A stretch of 63,762 bases of DNA, filler included, from Chrysochromulina tobinii (Eukaryota), in assembly GCA_001275005.1 (NCBI GenBank). It is 10 parts of 10 records of this genome, joined end to end, with 100 filler letters (N's around TTAATTAATTAA, not from the genome) between each part and the next. Parts side by side here need not be neighbours in the genome. Positions count along the whole stretch, not along the records: positions 18,119 to 26,271 come from JWZX01000586.1; positions 26,372 to 35,554 come from JWZX01000587.1; 8 more parts are not named here. The stretch is one strand, 5' to 3'. Numbering within the stretch: the first letter of the stretch is position 1; each line of letters opens with the position of its first letter. Shown piece by piece: positions 21,186 to 32,742 of the stretch. Made by a program: the position numbers and the translations under genes. Below the pieces are notes generated by a model. That model did no database searches and was not told where the DNA came from. It saw only the letters and a program-made list of their open reading frames with translations.

Positions 21186-24150
21186 ATGTCTGCCTCATTC
21201 CTAGAAGCCGCCACGCACCGTACGGCCGACGCACGCGGCTCTACCATTCTGAAGGCTGCTGAGGTGCAAACAATAACAGATGCTCTCAGCACGCTCGCGG
21301 TCACTGACGAGGAGAGCATCCGGTGCGCAGCTCAGGCCATGGATCGCGAGACACTTCGACGCTGCCGTGGCAACCTCGCCAAGCTCAAGGATGTGCTTGA
21401 CGATATCTGCGAATCTGCGACGCCAGAGCTGTGCCGCTTCCCGCCCGGACGGCCCGACATCGAGCTGTACTCACAGATGCTTGAGACCACTTCGAATAGA
21501 ATAGATCACTTCGAATTCGGCGCCCATGTCTACATCAACGGGCAGAAACTTCGTCCGGAAGCCAGCCGCTATGAAGGCTTCCGGGTGGTCCAGTTTGATC
21601 GACGGTGGTCCGTGCTGAGCGATGATGTCTATGAGATCTATGGGGATTACGAAAGGGGCGGCGACAACCCGAAGAAGATGCGAGATTCAATCTCCCGCAT
21701 GGAGCTCGGCAATCCGGTGGCTGTCATCACCGGGGATGCAGCAGGCACGTCCGACGGCAGCTCCTTCGTCGCCAACACGCTGCGCGAGGCCCTGGCGTTG
21801 CTTGGCGCGTCCGTCTTCCCCACAGAGTTTCGGATGGACAACCGGCGCGCCAAGAAGCCGTCTCGGCACGATACCGTCATACGTTTCGCGTACGCCGCGC
21901 TCCTCATCCGGGGCGCACCGCCTGGCACGTACGGCCTCGTAGAGAGCTTCCAGGACTACTGCTGGCTCGGCCCCCACACGCACGTGGTGCTTGCGGCTCC
22001 GGGCGCGCCGGCGCATGCTCGGCTGGCGTCGTTCCTCAAGCTGGCTCAGGCGCAGACGCCGCCGCAGGAGCCGGTGCCCGAGGGCATATTTGACGGCGTG
22101 CGCTGCATCTTGTCCGGCATGTGCCCTATCATCGGCAACAGGTACGAGCTGCCCGGCAAGGTGCCGTGGTACAACCTGTGCGAGGCGGAATACTCACGGC
22201 TGCCCGCTCACGAGCAAGCGCTCTATCTCAAGTTTGAGCCGACGCACTTCTTGCGACGCCTCGGGAGCGCCACAGGCGGGAGCGCCCCGATCGACGTCGC
22301 GGCGTTGCAGCGTGAGATCGGGGCGGCGCGACTGGCCGGCGTGCCGGAGACTTTGCTCGAGCAGGCGAGCAAGGCGATGGAGGGGGAGCAGCAGCGACGT
22401 GCCCGCGTGGCGATGGAGATCAACATTCGCGCCGTCTGTGGCGAGGGCACGCCCGCTGACCTTCTCGCCTACCTGCGCTCGCTGCGAGCGTGGATCCCGA
22501 GAGCGGAGCTGCTCCACGCGGACGTCGAACCCATCCACATGCGATTCAAGAAGGAGCTGCCCGGGGTGGAGGCGCTCCTCTCGCAAGCCCTCGAGCCCGA
22601 TGCACCGGATGGGATCCCGTCCGACTTGGAGCGGCTCGAGCGCTCGCTCGAGATGGCGGTGGTGGCGGGCGTGGCGGAGCCCGTCGTCGCGGCTGCGGCG
22701 GAGGCGCTCGCGGCGCACCGGAAGCGGCGCAAGGAGCAGGCAGCGCTCGAGGAGCAGCTTCTAGCTCTCCAGAAGCGTGAGTGGTCCGACGACCCCACCA
22801 GCGCCGTTGCTGCAGCGGCGGACCTCGTGAAGCGCGCACGCGCGGCCGGCCTCAACGAGACCCTCGTGCAAGCCATCGAGCGGAGGATCGAGAGGGAGGA
22901 GAAGCTCAAGACGACGGGGGTCCTTGAGCTGCAGCTCAGGGCAGTCTGTGCGGAGCTCGGCATGTTGCGCGGCCCTGATGACGGCTCTGACGAGGAGGCG
23001 AGCGCAGTGGGACGGGGCAGCGATCATGAGAGCCGCTACCAGATTGAGACGCTCGTGTTCGGGCTGCCTGTCGACGCCGCGCGTGGCCTCGCGTATTACT
23101 GCCACGTGTCCGACGAGGAGCTCAACCGTGCCAAGGCGCTCGGCGTCGAGGCCATTCGCGCCGAGTTTCGTGGATTGACCCACGAGCGCGCCGCCGAGGA
23201 TAACGAGTGCGTCGACTATGTCCTCGATGCGGAGGCTGGCAGGTGGGGGTGGACGATTGCTTGGCACTGATTGGCACTGCTTGGCACGTGATTGGCCCTT
23301 GATTGTCCCTTGATTGCCACTGATTGTCACTTGATGGGCCGCGATGGGGCCCTGCTTGCTTCCCTCCTCAGCTCGGAAAAACGCTTCCAGGGCGGCCTCA
23401 TGCGGGATCGGGACCGGTTTGGCAACGTGCTCGCCAGCCGCCAGGTGGACGACGGGAACGGCGGCCGGCGAGGGATGCGGCTCGAAGACTTTTTGCGCAC
23501 GCCGAGCGCGATCTTGGCCGGGCTCTCGCTGGCCGATGTAGCCTCTGTACGGATCTACTCGACCGCCGCCTTTCGTTCCATCAATAACCCGCTGCGCGAT
23601 ATGGATCGTCATCTTGCAGGGATGCCCCATCCGCTGCCAGTCACCGTCAGCTTTCTCCAGGACGCTGTGAAGAAGGTATAGGCCCATCCGCACCTCTCCC
23701 CTCTCTTCCCTCCCCCTTCGTTTCTCCCCCTGCGGTGAAGCCCCCATCCCGCCCCCATCCCGCCCCTGGTCCCGGCAGCTCCGGAGCGTCGATGCAGTGT
23801 CTCAGAGCCGGAATGATGAAGTACTTCTCTGGCGTGGCATGTCCAATCGTACTTGCTCCACCGACTTTTTCCGAGATGGAGGAACGGAGCTGGCGCCGAT
23901 GAGCACGACCACGAGCCTGAAGACGGCAGTTGAGTACTCAGCCTCCGAGTCGTCCGTGCTGCTTCGGCTGGCGACCTCGTCATTCATGGCCCGCGGCGCC
24001 GATATCAGCTTCCTCTCGGCCTTCGAGGCAGAAAGGGAGGTGCTTTTCCCTCCGTTGACTTACTTACGTGTCGGCGAGCAACACGAGATTCAGATCAAGG
24101 AATCTGGCTTGTCCTTCACTGTGATTGATGTCACCCCAATGCTGTCATGA
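21186..24150 (+). CDS. ILEI/PANDER-like domain, helical region and mono-ADP-ribosyltransferase (R-S-E/ARTC type); exons 21186-23242, 23372-23675, 23779-24150
   Basis: ILEI-like GFRVVQFD..VYEIYGD..VAVITGDAA..LREALALLGA..FAYAALLIRG. ART motifs RIYSTAAFRSINNPLR, LWRGM, PMSTT, SAFEAEREVLFPP. GT-AG introns keep the frame. Confidence 0.85.
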
Positions 24151-24898
24151 GCCTCAGATGATTTGGCGGTACTGTGTCCGTACTCGGCACGATTGAAAAG
24201 GCCGAGAGGGGCCCTCAAACAAGACCCGCAGGATGAATACGATACTTGGAAATTTGAGGAAACTCATGACGGGTGCGGAGCCGTCCTTTGAGACGGTGAA
24301 ACTGTGCAAGCAACGCAAGAATTTTATTCAGAATTAGTCGAAACCAGTTACAAGCGACAAGTACCTAAACAATGATTGAATCATTGATTAAACAAGCGCA
24401 ACCGAGACCCCAGTAGCCAGCAGATTACGCGGTAGGATCTGTACCACGGGGAATACAAAGGGGTGGGCGCCTGGCCCCTGGGGCTGGGCGGAGTCCGCGA
24501 GAGAGACTGCGAGAGAGGATTTGAGAGGATGAAGATGTGTGCGAGTGGTGACTGGTGTGCCCAGACCGCTAACGCTCACCAAGACATGCTGGCATCATGC
24601 TTCCCAACGTGAGGAATGCCGCTCGATTGTGACGCGCGCCTGTGGGCCACTAGTGGGCCACCCATAGCGCCATAGCAATCGTCGACGCGGCAGCCACTGG
24701 ACACTTGATCGGCGTGTGTGACCGCTGTTGGCTGGGCTCAGGCGGCGAGGCTGAGGGACCGCACCGACAGAGGAAAAGCTCGCGACCTGCAACGCTCCTC
24801 GAGGGAACGTAGCCCGGCTAATTTCGCTGACTTCGAGCTTGCTAAAGGAAAGGTCAGCTGGCAAGGACAAAAGTCCTCATGACGAAGCGCCCAAACTG

Positions 24899-25798
24899 AT
24901 GAAGCTCTCCGCCGCAGCAGCTGGGCGCCGCTGGCGGAAGCGCTGCTATGCGACCATGGCTCCAGTACAGCCGCCGCTGCACACACTCTTCAAAACCTTC
25001 TCTGCCGCTGGCGACCACAGCTTCACGGCATCCATCACGGAAGAGTGGATGCAGGGCAGAACCACATACGGTGGCCTGAGCGCTGGGATATGTTTTGAGG
25101 CTGCCAGCCGCTTCATCAATGATGACAGCGTGCCGTTGAGATCGGCGCAGGTCACGTTCGTCGGCCCTGCTGGTGGCGGCGCGGAGATCGACGTTACGCT
25201 CGTCCGGGCAAGCAAGGCGATGTCGTTTGTGCGTGCCGAGTTGTCTACAGGCGGCAAGGTAGCCACATCAGCTCTCTTTGCCTTTGGCGCCGCCCGCTCC
25301 TCCAGCTTTGACGAGCTGCACATTCATCCAGCTCCCGCCGACATTCTCTCTCCGAACCAGTGCCCCGACTTCTACGTCGCTGGGATGAAAATGAGGCCGG
25401 TGTTCCTCCAAAACTTTGAGGCGAGGCTCGCGCGTGGCGGCCGCCCAGTCACCGCCTCGTCGGATTGCGATAATTGGCTGTGGGTACGCCATCTAGGCGC
25501 CTGCGATGCTGGCCACGTGGACGGGCCGATGACCTCGACCACATGTCTTCTCGCGCTTGCGGACATGCCTCCTCCGGCGATTATGCCCAAATTCACTGAG
25601 GTTGCCCCGGTTGCCTCTGTCTCTTGGCATGTCAACCTGCTCACGGACACTCCGCGGTCGGCGCCGGGCGGCTGGTGGCTCCTCCGGTCGCGAGCGGAGT
25701 CGGCTCGACAAGGTTACTCCTCGCAAGACATGACGCTCTTCGGGGGCGATGGGCAATCGGCGCTCGTTGGAAGGCAAAGCGTCGCCATCTACGCGTGA
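24899..25798 (+). CDS. Acyl-CoA thioesterase (double hotdog, TesB-like), possible mitochondrial presequence
   Basis: WMQGRTTYGGLSA, LRSAQVTFVGP, LALADMPPPA, GYSSQDM...GRQSVAIY. Intronless. Arg-rich N-terminus; alternative start at 24956. Confidence 0.88.
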   Translation: MKLSAAAAGRRWRKRCYATMAPVQPPLHTLFKTFSAAGDHSFTASITEEWMQGRTTYGGLSAGICFEAASRFINDDSVPLRSAQVTFVGPAGGGAEIDVTLVRASKAMSFVRAELSTGGKVATSALFAFGAARSSSFDELHIHPAPADILSPNQCPDFYVAGMKMRPVFLQNFEARLARGGRPVTASSDCDNWLWVRHLGACDAGHVDGPMTSTTCLLALADMPPPAIMPKFTEVAPVASVSWHVNLLTDTPRSAPGGWWLLRSRAESARQGYSSQDMTLFGGDGQSALVGRQSVAIYA

Positions 25799-26371
25799 GC
25801 GGACGGACAGAGGCGTCGAGCGCGCGGTATCCCACGACCATGTCGCGAAAGCTTGAGAGAGCGCGCGCCCAGAGCCTCCTGCTTTTTGAAGAACTCGTCA
25901 CAAGTCGTAACTTTCGTGGCGGATCTGAGGATCGTTAGTTCGTTACAAACATAATAGCCAAGCCCTTTTTGGGTTTCTTATGGTCCCAGAGACCTTCCCA
26001 GGTTCGCCGCGAGTCCACCCCTCTCACAGCCCGACTCTCGCCGAACGGCGGTCACCATCACGCTCGGCCTCAACGACGAGTTCCCACTTCAAGGATGCTC
26101 TCGAGCATCTTCTTGAAGACGCAGCATGGGGGCTTCCCCACGCTGCGGCCACGACAAATCACGAACAACAAGCGAATCTGCAGCCCTGCACGCCCTCCTT
26201 CCATGCTGCTCACATTCGCCGACGCTCATGCAATGCGCCCGTCAGGAATACAGCAGATTCCCTATGACGCGNNNNNNNNNNNNNNNNNNNNNNNNNNNNN
26301 NNNNNNNNNNNNNNNTTAATTAATTAANNNNNNNNNNNNNNNNNNNNNNNNNNNNNNNNNNNNNNNNNNNN

Positions 26372-26400
26372 CCCCCATGCCCCCCATTCCCCCCATTCCA

Positions 26401-26435
<35 letters not shown>

Positions 26436-28253
26436 ACCCTTCTGCGCGCCTCCGGCCTCAATTCCAACCGACTGCATGTCCTCAACCACCTCCTCAACCT
26501 CCACGAGGTCTGATGGATCGAAGATGATCGGCGTGTGCCTGTCGGGCAACGGCTGGTCCGGAAGGTCCACCTGATGAGGGAGGCAATCAAGGACGTGGTC
26601 CGCCTGATGAGGGAGGCAATCAAGGACGTGGTCCACCTGATGAGGGAGGCAATCAAGGACGTGGTCCGCCTGATGAGGGAGGCAATCAAGGACGTGGTCC
26701 ACCTGATGAGGGAGTCAGCCAGAGAGCATCAAGCGCATACCTCCGGCCCATAAGAGGGCGTCCATTCAATTGGCGGCCTCTCGCTCCGAAGCGCAAAGTT
26801 CTTCTCTTGCCCCGGCAGCCACAACTGGCCGCCCAGGCCTATCGTATAAGGGTCGAGGTTGCAGGTGGCATGCCACCAATTGTCTGGAACCCAAATCGTC
26901 TCACCCGGCAGCATCAAGCAGTGCTCGACACCCTCGGCCTTCGCGGTGACATAGTCAATGCGCCCGTTGTGCTCGCACTCTCGGTTCGAGGGGCGCGGCA
27001 GGTGCGGCGCCGCCACGTGCCACAGCTTGGCACCCGAGACGAGCCCGAGCCATGCAGCCCCATGTTGCATCACCTGTGGGGAGAGGCGCCGTGGTGAGCA
27101 CTTGCATGCCATATGAGCCATGCAGCCCCATGTTTCATCACCTGTGCTCGCGAGAAGATGCAATCAGACGCACTCAGACGCACTCGGACGCACTCAGACG
27201 CAATCACCTGAACGCCGCGGTGGCCTCCTCCAAAGGAGAAGACGCGGCACTGTGACGCGCACTCAAACACCTCCGGGTGCGAGTACTCGGTGCCGAGGTC
27301 ACTGAGGAGCTCATCCTCCTTGGCGCCCTTGCCGAATTCGTCCAGTACGATGATGTGCTCCGATTCGGTATGCTGCACGAGCTCCGCCACGGAGATGGAC
27401 GCACCCGACGTGTGCACGTCTACCGGCGGGACCATCTCTGCGGCGCGTGTCCATCCGAACCCCGCGCGCTTGGCCAGCACACGATGGTGGCCAAAGCGCG
27501 CCGAGAAGGCACGCGGGTCTGCATGGAACGGGGGGGGGAAAGCAACATACAATCAGCAGGCAATCACTACGCAGTCAAGCCGCAAACAAACAACAAGCAA
27601 CACGCACCAGTCCAATTGCGCCGAGCAATCCAGTCGTCGATCATGCCGGTGATGATCGTGGGCCTTTCGAAGAGCGCTTGCCTCTCCTCGAGGCTGAGAT
27701 TCCGCAGCTCGCCGTAGCTGATGCGCTGCAGTTCACACTTGACCAGCTTGCCTCCGGCTGTCAGTCCGTCGTGACGTGGCCTGAGGAACTTGGCCTCGCG
27801 GCCCCCGGCTCGTGCCACGCGCCGGAGCTTCCGAGGCGCGCGCGCGCACTGCCGTGCAGGCGCCTCGACACTCAGTGCGCCGCCGCCTTGCTCCTTGCGC
27901 TGGAGCTCGATGCGTAACCTCTGTCGGACACGTATACACCGGAGCGTGTGACAGTCGGGATACAATTGGTCGACCGCCTTTGAGGCGCTCGAGGCGCTGC
28001 CCGCCGTTGTGAGGGCGCTGTTCGAGCTGTAGGAACGCGCTTCCTTGGCGGCCGCGCGCTCTTCCCATGTGCTGAAGCCCTCCGCACCCGGATAGCAAGC
28101 ATGTGTGGTCTCAGGGCAGTCTCTGCATTCGTACGACACGTCTCCGTTGAGCTCGGTGCACGGCGAAGTGCACCACGGCTCGCACACCGCTCGCGTGAGC
28201 GTCCCGAGAGATAATAAGAGTGCCTTGAGTAGCATGATCTCAGACTTTTTCAT
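26372..28253 (-). CDS. Secreted JmjC-domain protein (JMJD8-like), multi-exon, 3'-partial
   Basis: Signal peptide and Cys-rich N-terminus; RPTIITGMIDDW, FSFGG, HGAAWLGLVSGAKLWH, LPGETIWVPDNWWHATCNL. Ends in GGM repeats at the gap. Confidence 0.8.
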
Positions 28254-28412
28254 GTGGCCGACGGTGTGGGGGCAGATCTTGCCGACGAAGAGGTGAAGAA
28301 AAAGGGGGGCGCCGCGCCCGCCCTCGCTCGGTTCTTCTGCGCGTGGTGGTGTGAATGCGGCGTGAATGTAGGATTTTGGACTTTGAAAACCGCCAGAACA
28401 CGCGGGGGCAGA

Positions 28413-28934
28413 TCAGCCCGTCGGAGTGGGCGGCACCAGCCGGGCTGTTGCCCCGTCATTCGTCGACTGGCCGCTCACGAAGTATCCAATCATCGCGAGC
28501 ACGAGCCATGTTGTGCCCGCGACGAGGAAGTACGCGCACAGGATTGCTCCAGAGACCAGACCCGACGCGATGATGGCCACGCCACCAAGGTAGGCGATCG
28601 CCGGCAGCAAGCAGCCCATCAATGAGATCCAACGCGCTGGCGGCCAAGTCGGCCGACAGAGAGCGATGGCAGCGGAGAGCGCTGCCAAAGGGAACACGAC
28701 GATGCCGCTATCGAAGCGTTTCAGGCCGAAGTTGAGGTAGACGGACCAGAAAACGAAGGGTGTCGCCAGGATGAAAACAGCCATGGCGTGCATCGTGAGT
28801 TTGCGTGGCCGGCTCTTGGATCTGCCCTGGTTGCACTGAAAATTGGGTGTCGTAGCCAAGATCGGGACACAGAGCGCGCATACCAATGCGGCACCAAAGG
28901 TGATGAATGCAGGTGCACCTACCGGCAACGTCAT
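28413..28934 (-). CDS. Hypothetical small multi-pass membrane protein
   Basis: 173-aa ORF with 4-5 hydrophobic segments. Confidence 0.55.
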   Translation of the reverse strand: MTLPVGAPAFITFGAALVCALCVPILATTPNFQCNQGRSKSRPRKLTMHAMAVFILATPFVFWSVYLNFGLKRFDSGIVVFPLAALSAAIALCRPTWPPARWISLMGCLLPAIAYLGGVAIIASGLVSGAILCAYFLVAGTTWLVLAMIGYFVSGQSTNDGATARLVPPTPTG

Positions 28935-29181
28935 GCGGCAAGGCCAGCAGTGTGACGTCTCACTGGGGTCTCGTACCGCGTGTTATATTCGGGCGTCGAC
29001 ATGAAAATTCGTCACGACGGAGCCCCGCGATTCTCGGCGGCGAGAGGTGTGAAATTGATGAATCGCGAGAGAAATTGCGAGTGAAACATGTACCAAGCTG
29101 CACCATGTCAGGGCGCGCGAAACGATCACCCTGACTGTCCGTGGAGCTGGACCCGAGCCTCCCAGAACACAGACGGCCTTC

Positions 29182-30793
29182 TCATTGCGGCTCCTCTGCG
29201 CGCTGCTCACCACCTGCGAGCACTCTGCCCGAGTAGTCGAAGAAGTACGTTTGCACGAACTGGGGATACATGTCCATGCTCGTCGTATAATTGTAGATGA
29301 GCGCGTAGTGGAATTCCACTGTTGGAGAAAAAAAATAGTGGGTGCTCGAGCGGCACTGCTGGACGAAGAAGTTGGCAAAGTACTGGCTCACGCTCACGGC
29401 GGCGAGCGTGTGCTTCGTCACCTCGTACGGCGCGCCCGAGGGCAGGGACGCCCCTTGCTCAAAGATATTCTTCTCAGGGTGCCACTGTGTCGCCCAGATC
29501 GGCGCGCTCGTGTGCTCGACCATGCTGATGAACTCCTTACCGGCACGATCATAGTTCGTGGACAGGATGTTGAAAGCCTGGCGAAGGGCGGGGCTCGCCT
29601 GGAAGGAGGCGGGCGTCACGGCATTCTTGTGGTTGTTCATGGTCACGGGCAGCGCGAGCGCATCGTAGATGGAGCGCCCGTCGAAGGGCACCGGCATCGC
29701 GGCCGCCGGCTTGAGCATCCGGCTCGTAGGAGCTCCGGCGGTGAGATTGAGTGGGAGGGTGAGATTCTCGGAATCAAAGCCGCTCGTGAGGATGCCATCG
29801 TCCCCCGAGGCGAGCTGCATCATCCACTCGAAGCCGAGGCACGTGCCCCACACGGGGAACGTGTCGCCGCGTGCATTCGCCGCAACCGCGTTCGTCCAAA
29901 GCCGTCGAGCGGCAGGCGGCAGCTTTGCGCCGCCCCCCATGAACAGGGCGCCGTTGACCTGCGCGAAGGCGGCGTCGACCTCGTCGTCGGTGGCGGAGTA
30001 CGAGAGGGGCATCACGCGGGCGCCCGCGAGCTCCAGCCACTTGACGTAAGACGCCGCCATGTATTGCTTGCCAGAGCTCTCACCGACGTTTTGGGCGACG
30101 TATTGGGCGTCGTAGGCGCGCAGGCTCGTGTTGGGCGTGTATGGGTGCGACATGATGACGATGACCGGCGAGTCGATGCGCGCGGGCGGCTCTGGGTCGG
30201 TGGTCTTGATGGGGCCGGAGAACACAACCTGATACTGCGGGTAGTTGGTCTCTGACGGCATAGGCATCCCGACTGTTGGGGCATCATTGAAGATGAACGA
30301 CACCTTGCGCCCCGACGTGCCCCCTTGGTAGTTGCACTGCAGCTGGTTTGCGCCGAAGCCCTGGCACACCTGCGTGTCGAAGCTGCCGAGATAGCCGCAG
30401 CTGTCTGTGATGGGAGGTTGTGGGTTAGGGTCGCTGCCGTAGTAATGCATCGCGATCGGATTGATGCTCGAGGCCGGAGTGCATGTAACGCTGGCGGGAA
30501 GTGGGCCGCACGGAGTGAAGAAGTACCAGTGGGCCTGGTCGTCCTGATCCAAGAAGTAGCCAGGCTTATTCATGGCTTTTTGGATGGCGGACAAGTCATA
30601 GTTGACTGCGCACGCAGCAAGCTCGGAACACACCTCAGACAACTGATGGGCGTGGCGCACGGGGCGAGAACGCAGTGCACTTACTTCCACCGCATGTGTA
30701 TTTGCAATTGTTGCTCGGCTGGGGGGAGCACGGACTCCCCGGCGCAGTCTGCGCGACCGTCGCGCTGAGCCACATCGCCGCCGCTGCTGCCAT
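29182..30793 (-). CDS. GGH: Gamma-glutamyl hydrolase (peptidase C26) with N-terminal MRH-like domain; one intron near 30608-30684
   Basis: YMAASYVKWLELAGARVMP, VNGALFMGG, WGTCLGFE (catalytic Cys), ATQWHPEK (catalytic His). N-terminal YDLS...YFFTPCG...C pattern resembles MRH. Confidence 0.85.
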
Positions 30794-32012
30794 CCTGGGA
30801 CTCGCCAAGTTCAGCCACGACAGTGCGGTCTTCCTCGGCGAGCCCGCGGAAAGCGTCCTCAATGAAGCTCTTCACGTTCACGGCAAGTCTCTGACGAGCT
30901 CTTGGTAGAACCCCCTGTCATCTCCGCCAACTCGATTCCACCACTGCTGGCTTCCGTTTGGCGTCTGTTGTTTAGGAAGGTCGGAGGTACAAAGGGATAT
31001 TTTATCAAAGAGCTCGAGATACAGAGTGCTCGTCTCTTGGACTGTAGACTATGGAATTAGTGAACGTCAGTGGCTGAGTGGCACGGTGTGAGTCTATGGT
31101 CCTGTCGACAACTATAGGAGAGGGCGGCGACTCCCCGATGTGCGATGTTCGGATGTTGCTACAGAGGAGATCGTCAAGTTACATCGTACGGTATGAGGAG
31201 AACAAGGCGTGAGTCACCGCACGCCGCACGGGCATGGACTGGACGCGAGCGGGCGCATACACTGGGTACATGTCTGGGTAGTGGGGTCGATATACGCGAT
31301 GAGCGCATGCGAGCGGGGCTCTGTTTTGTGTTAACTACTGTTTTGTGTGCGGCTTGATGTCTCGTGATGATCTGTCATGCTTAACGCGTGCGGTGCGGCG
31401 CACCTCAACCTCTGCGCTCTGCGCTCTAGTGATAAAGACAATCGAGTGTACCTTGCAAGATATTTCGACAGCAATTTGGATACATTTTTACTACATACCC
31501 GGCGCACTTTGTCGGAAGTGGGTAGATTGTAATCGCGGCAAGAGACGGCTCTCAAATGGATTACTTGGTGACCGCGCAAGCTTCAACGATGGGCACACTC
31601 GCGGCCGAGCTTCGCTCGCAGCATCGTCACTGCTGTCTTCGCGATTATCCTCCGCAACTGGCTCTTCGCGATCTGGCTTTCCTTGAGAACGCTGCAGCGA
31701 TTGAGCGATAAGCTTACCAGTGGCCTCCCGCTGAAGCCGTGCCGCCTCTCGCATCTCTTGCTCGGCCTTAATTTCAGTGTGCTGTCGCTCTCTGTTGGCT
31801 GCTTTGACTGCCGCTCGTGTTGCCCAACGGCGGGCAGCAATCTCCGCCTTATCGGCGAGGTCCGGCAGTCGCAGCCACATCGAAGGACTGCGGAATTGTG
31901 CCTAAACAAACGTACCGGTAGCAGTGAGCATTTCTTCACGACAGTCACGTCAAGTCCATTCAAGTCAAATCTTGACTTGACAGAGGGGAGGGCGGGCGGA
32001 AAAAAGGGGATA

Positions 32013-32030
32013 CCCTAACCCTAACCCTAA
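32013..32030. repeat. Interstitial telomeric repeat (CCCTAA)3
   Basis: CCCTAACCCTAACCCTAA. Confidence 0.75.
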
Positions 32031-32169
32031 CACTTATTCGGAGCGCCATTCCGCGAATAAGTAAGCAGAAGTAAGCTTCAGCTTGCATGCCAACAGGCAG
32101 CGTACACGTGGCGAGGGGGACACCCCGTACCCCAGGCATACTAAGCTGGTGCTAACCTTGAGCCAAATA

Positions 32170-32420
32170 ACTCCACTTCTAGCTTCCTCGCTTCTTCACG
32201 TAGATCCTTCGAGACGAATGTGACGCTGACCCATGCACGAGGATTCTTCCCAGTGCGCAGTGGTCTCTGTGAGATTCTTCACTCTTTAAGAGTCACTCTA
32301 GACTCTTCACCCTCCCACTCGACGAGCACGTCCAGCGGACGCCCCCGCCTACCTTCCAAGCGTCGCACAGCCATGATACGCCATACCGCGAAGTTGAGCG
32401 GTTTTTTGCGCGCGCCCCGG
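32170..32420 (-). pseudogene. Degenerate chromodomain-like fragment, probably the 3' end of a retroelement
   Basis: FAVWRIMAVRR...LDVLVEWEGE ... WVSVTFVSKDLREEA, broken by a stop or insertion. Confidence 0.4.
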
Positions 32421-32742
32421 CCTTTGGGTCCCACACATCTGGTTTGATGAGTCCGCCCCCGCGGCGGCCCTGGGCGCCCTGGCGCGGACACAGACCGGAC
32501 GTTGGGTCGTTGCGCTCATCTCTGTAGAGAGCCGTAGTCGATGGACGATGGAGGTCCTGATGTGCGCCTGTGAGTGTGTGTAGGTGCGCTGTGCGCGCTA
32601 TGGCTAGCCTGCTAAAAGACTTAGATAGTAACTTCACACGCAGCACGCAGGTTTCAGCACCGCACCAGCACTGCAGACTGTACAGTACACCCTGATCCAG
32701 CGTATCCCAGCCGACCAGACGCCTAGACCAGACGAGATTAGG

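Noticed and set aside
29185..30255. Long antisense and alternative-frame ORFs (also 6705-7898, 10334-11569, 46988-48139 and many others)
   Set aside because: Such ORFs are expected in high-GC coding DNA. They are Arg/Ala-rich with no motifs and overlap well-supported genes.
31000..31990. Coding gene in ORFs 31491-31880 and 31583-31963
   Set aside because: Frameshifted fragments with no identifiable family; probably decayed element sequence.
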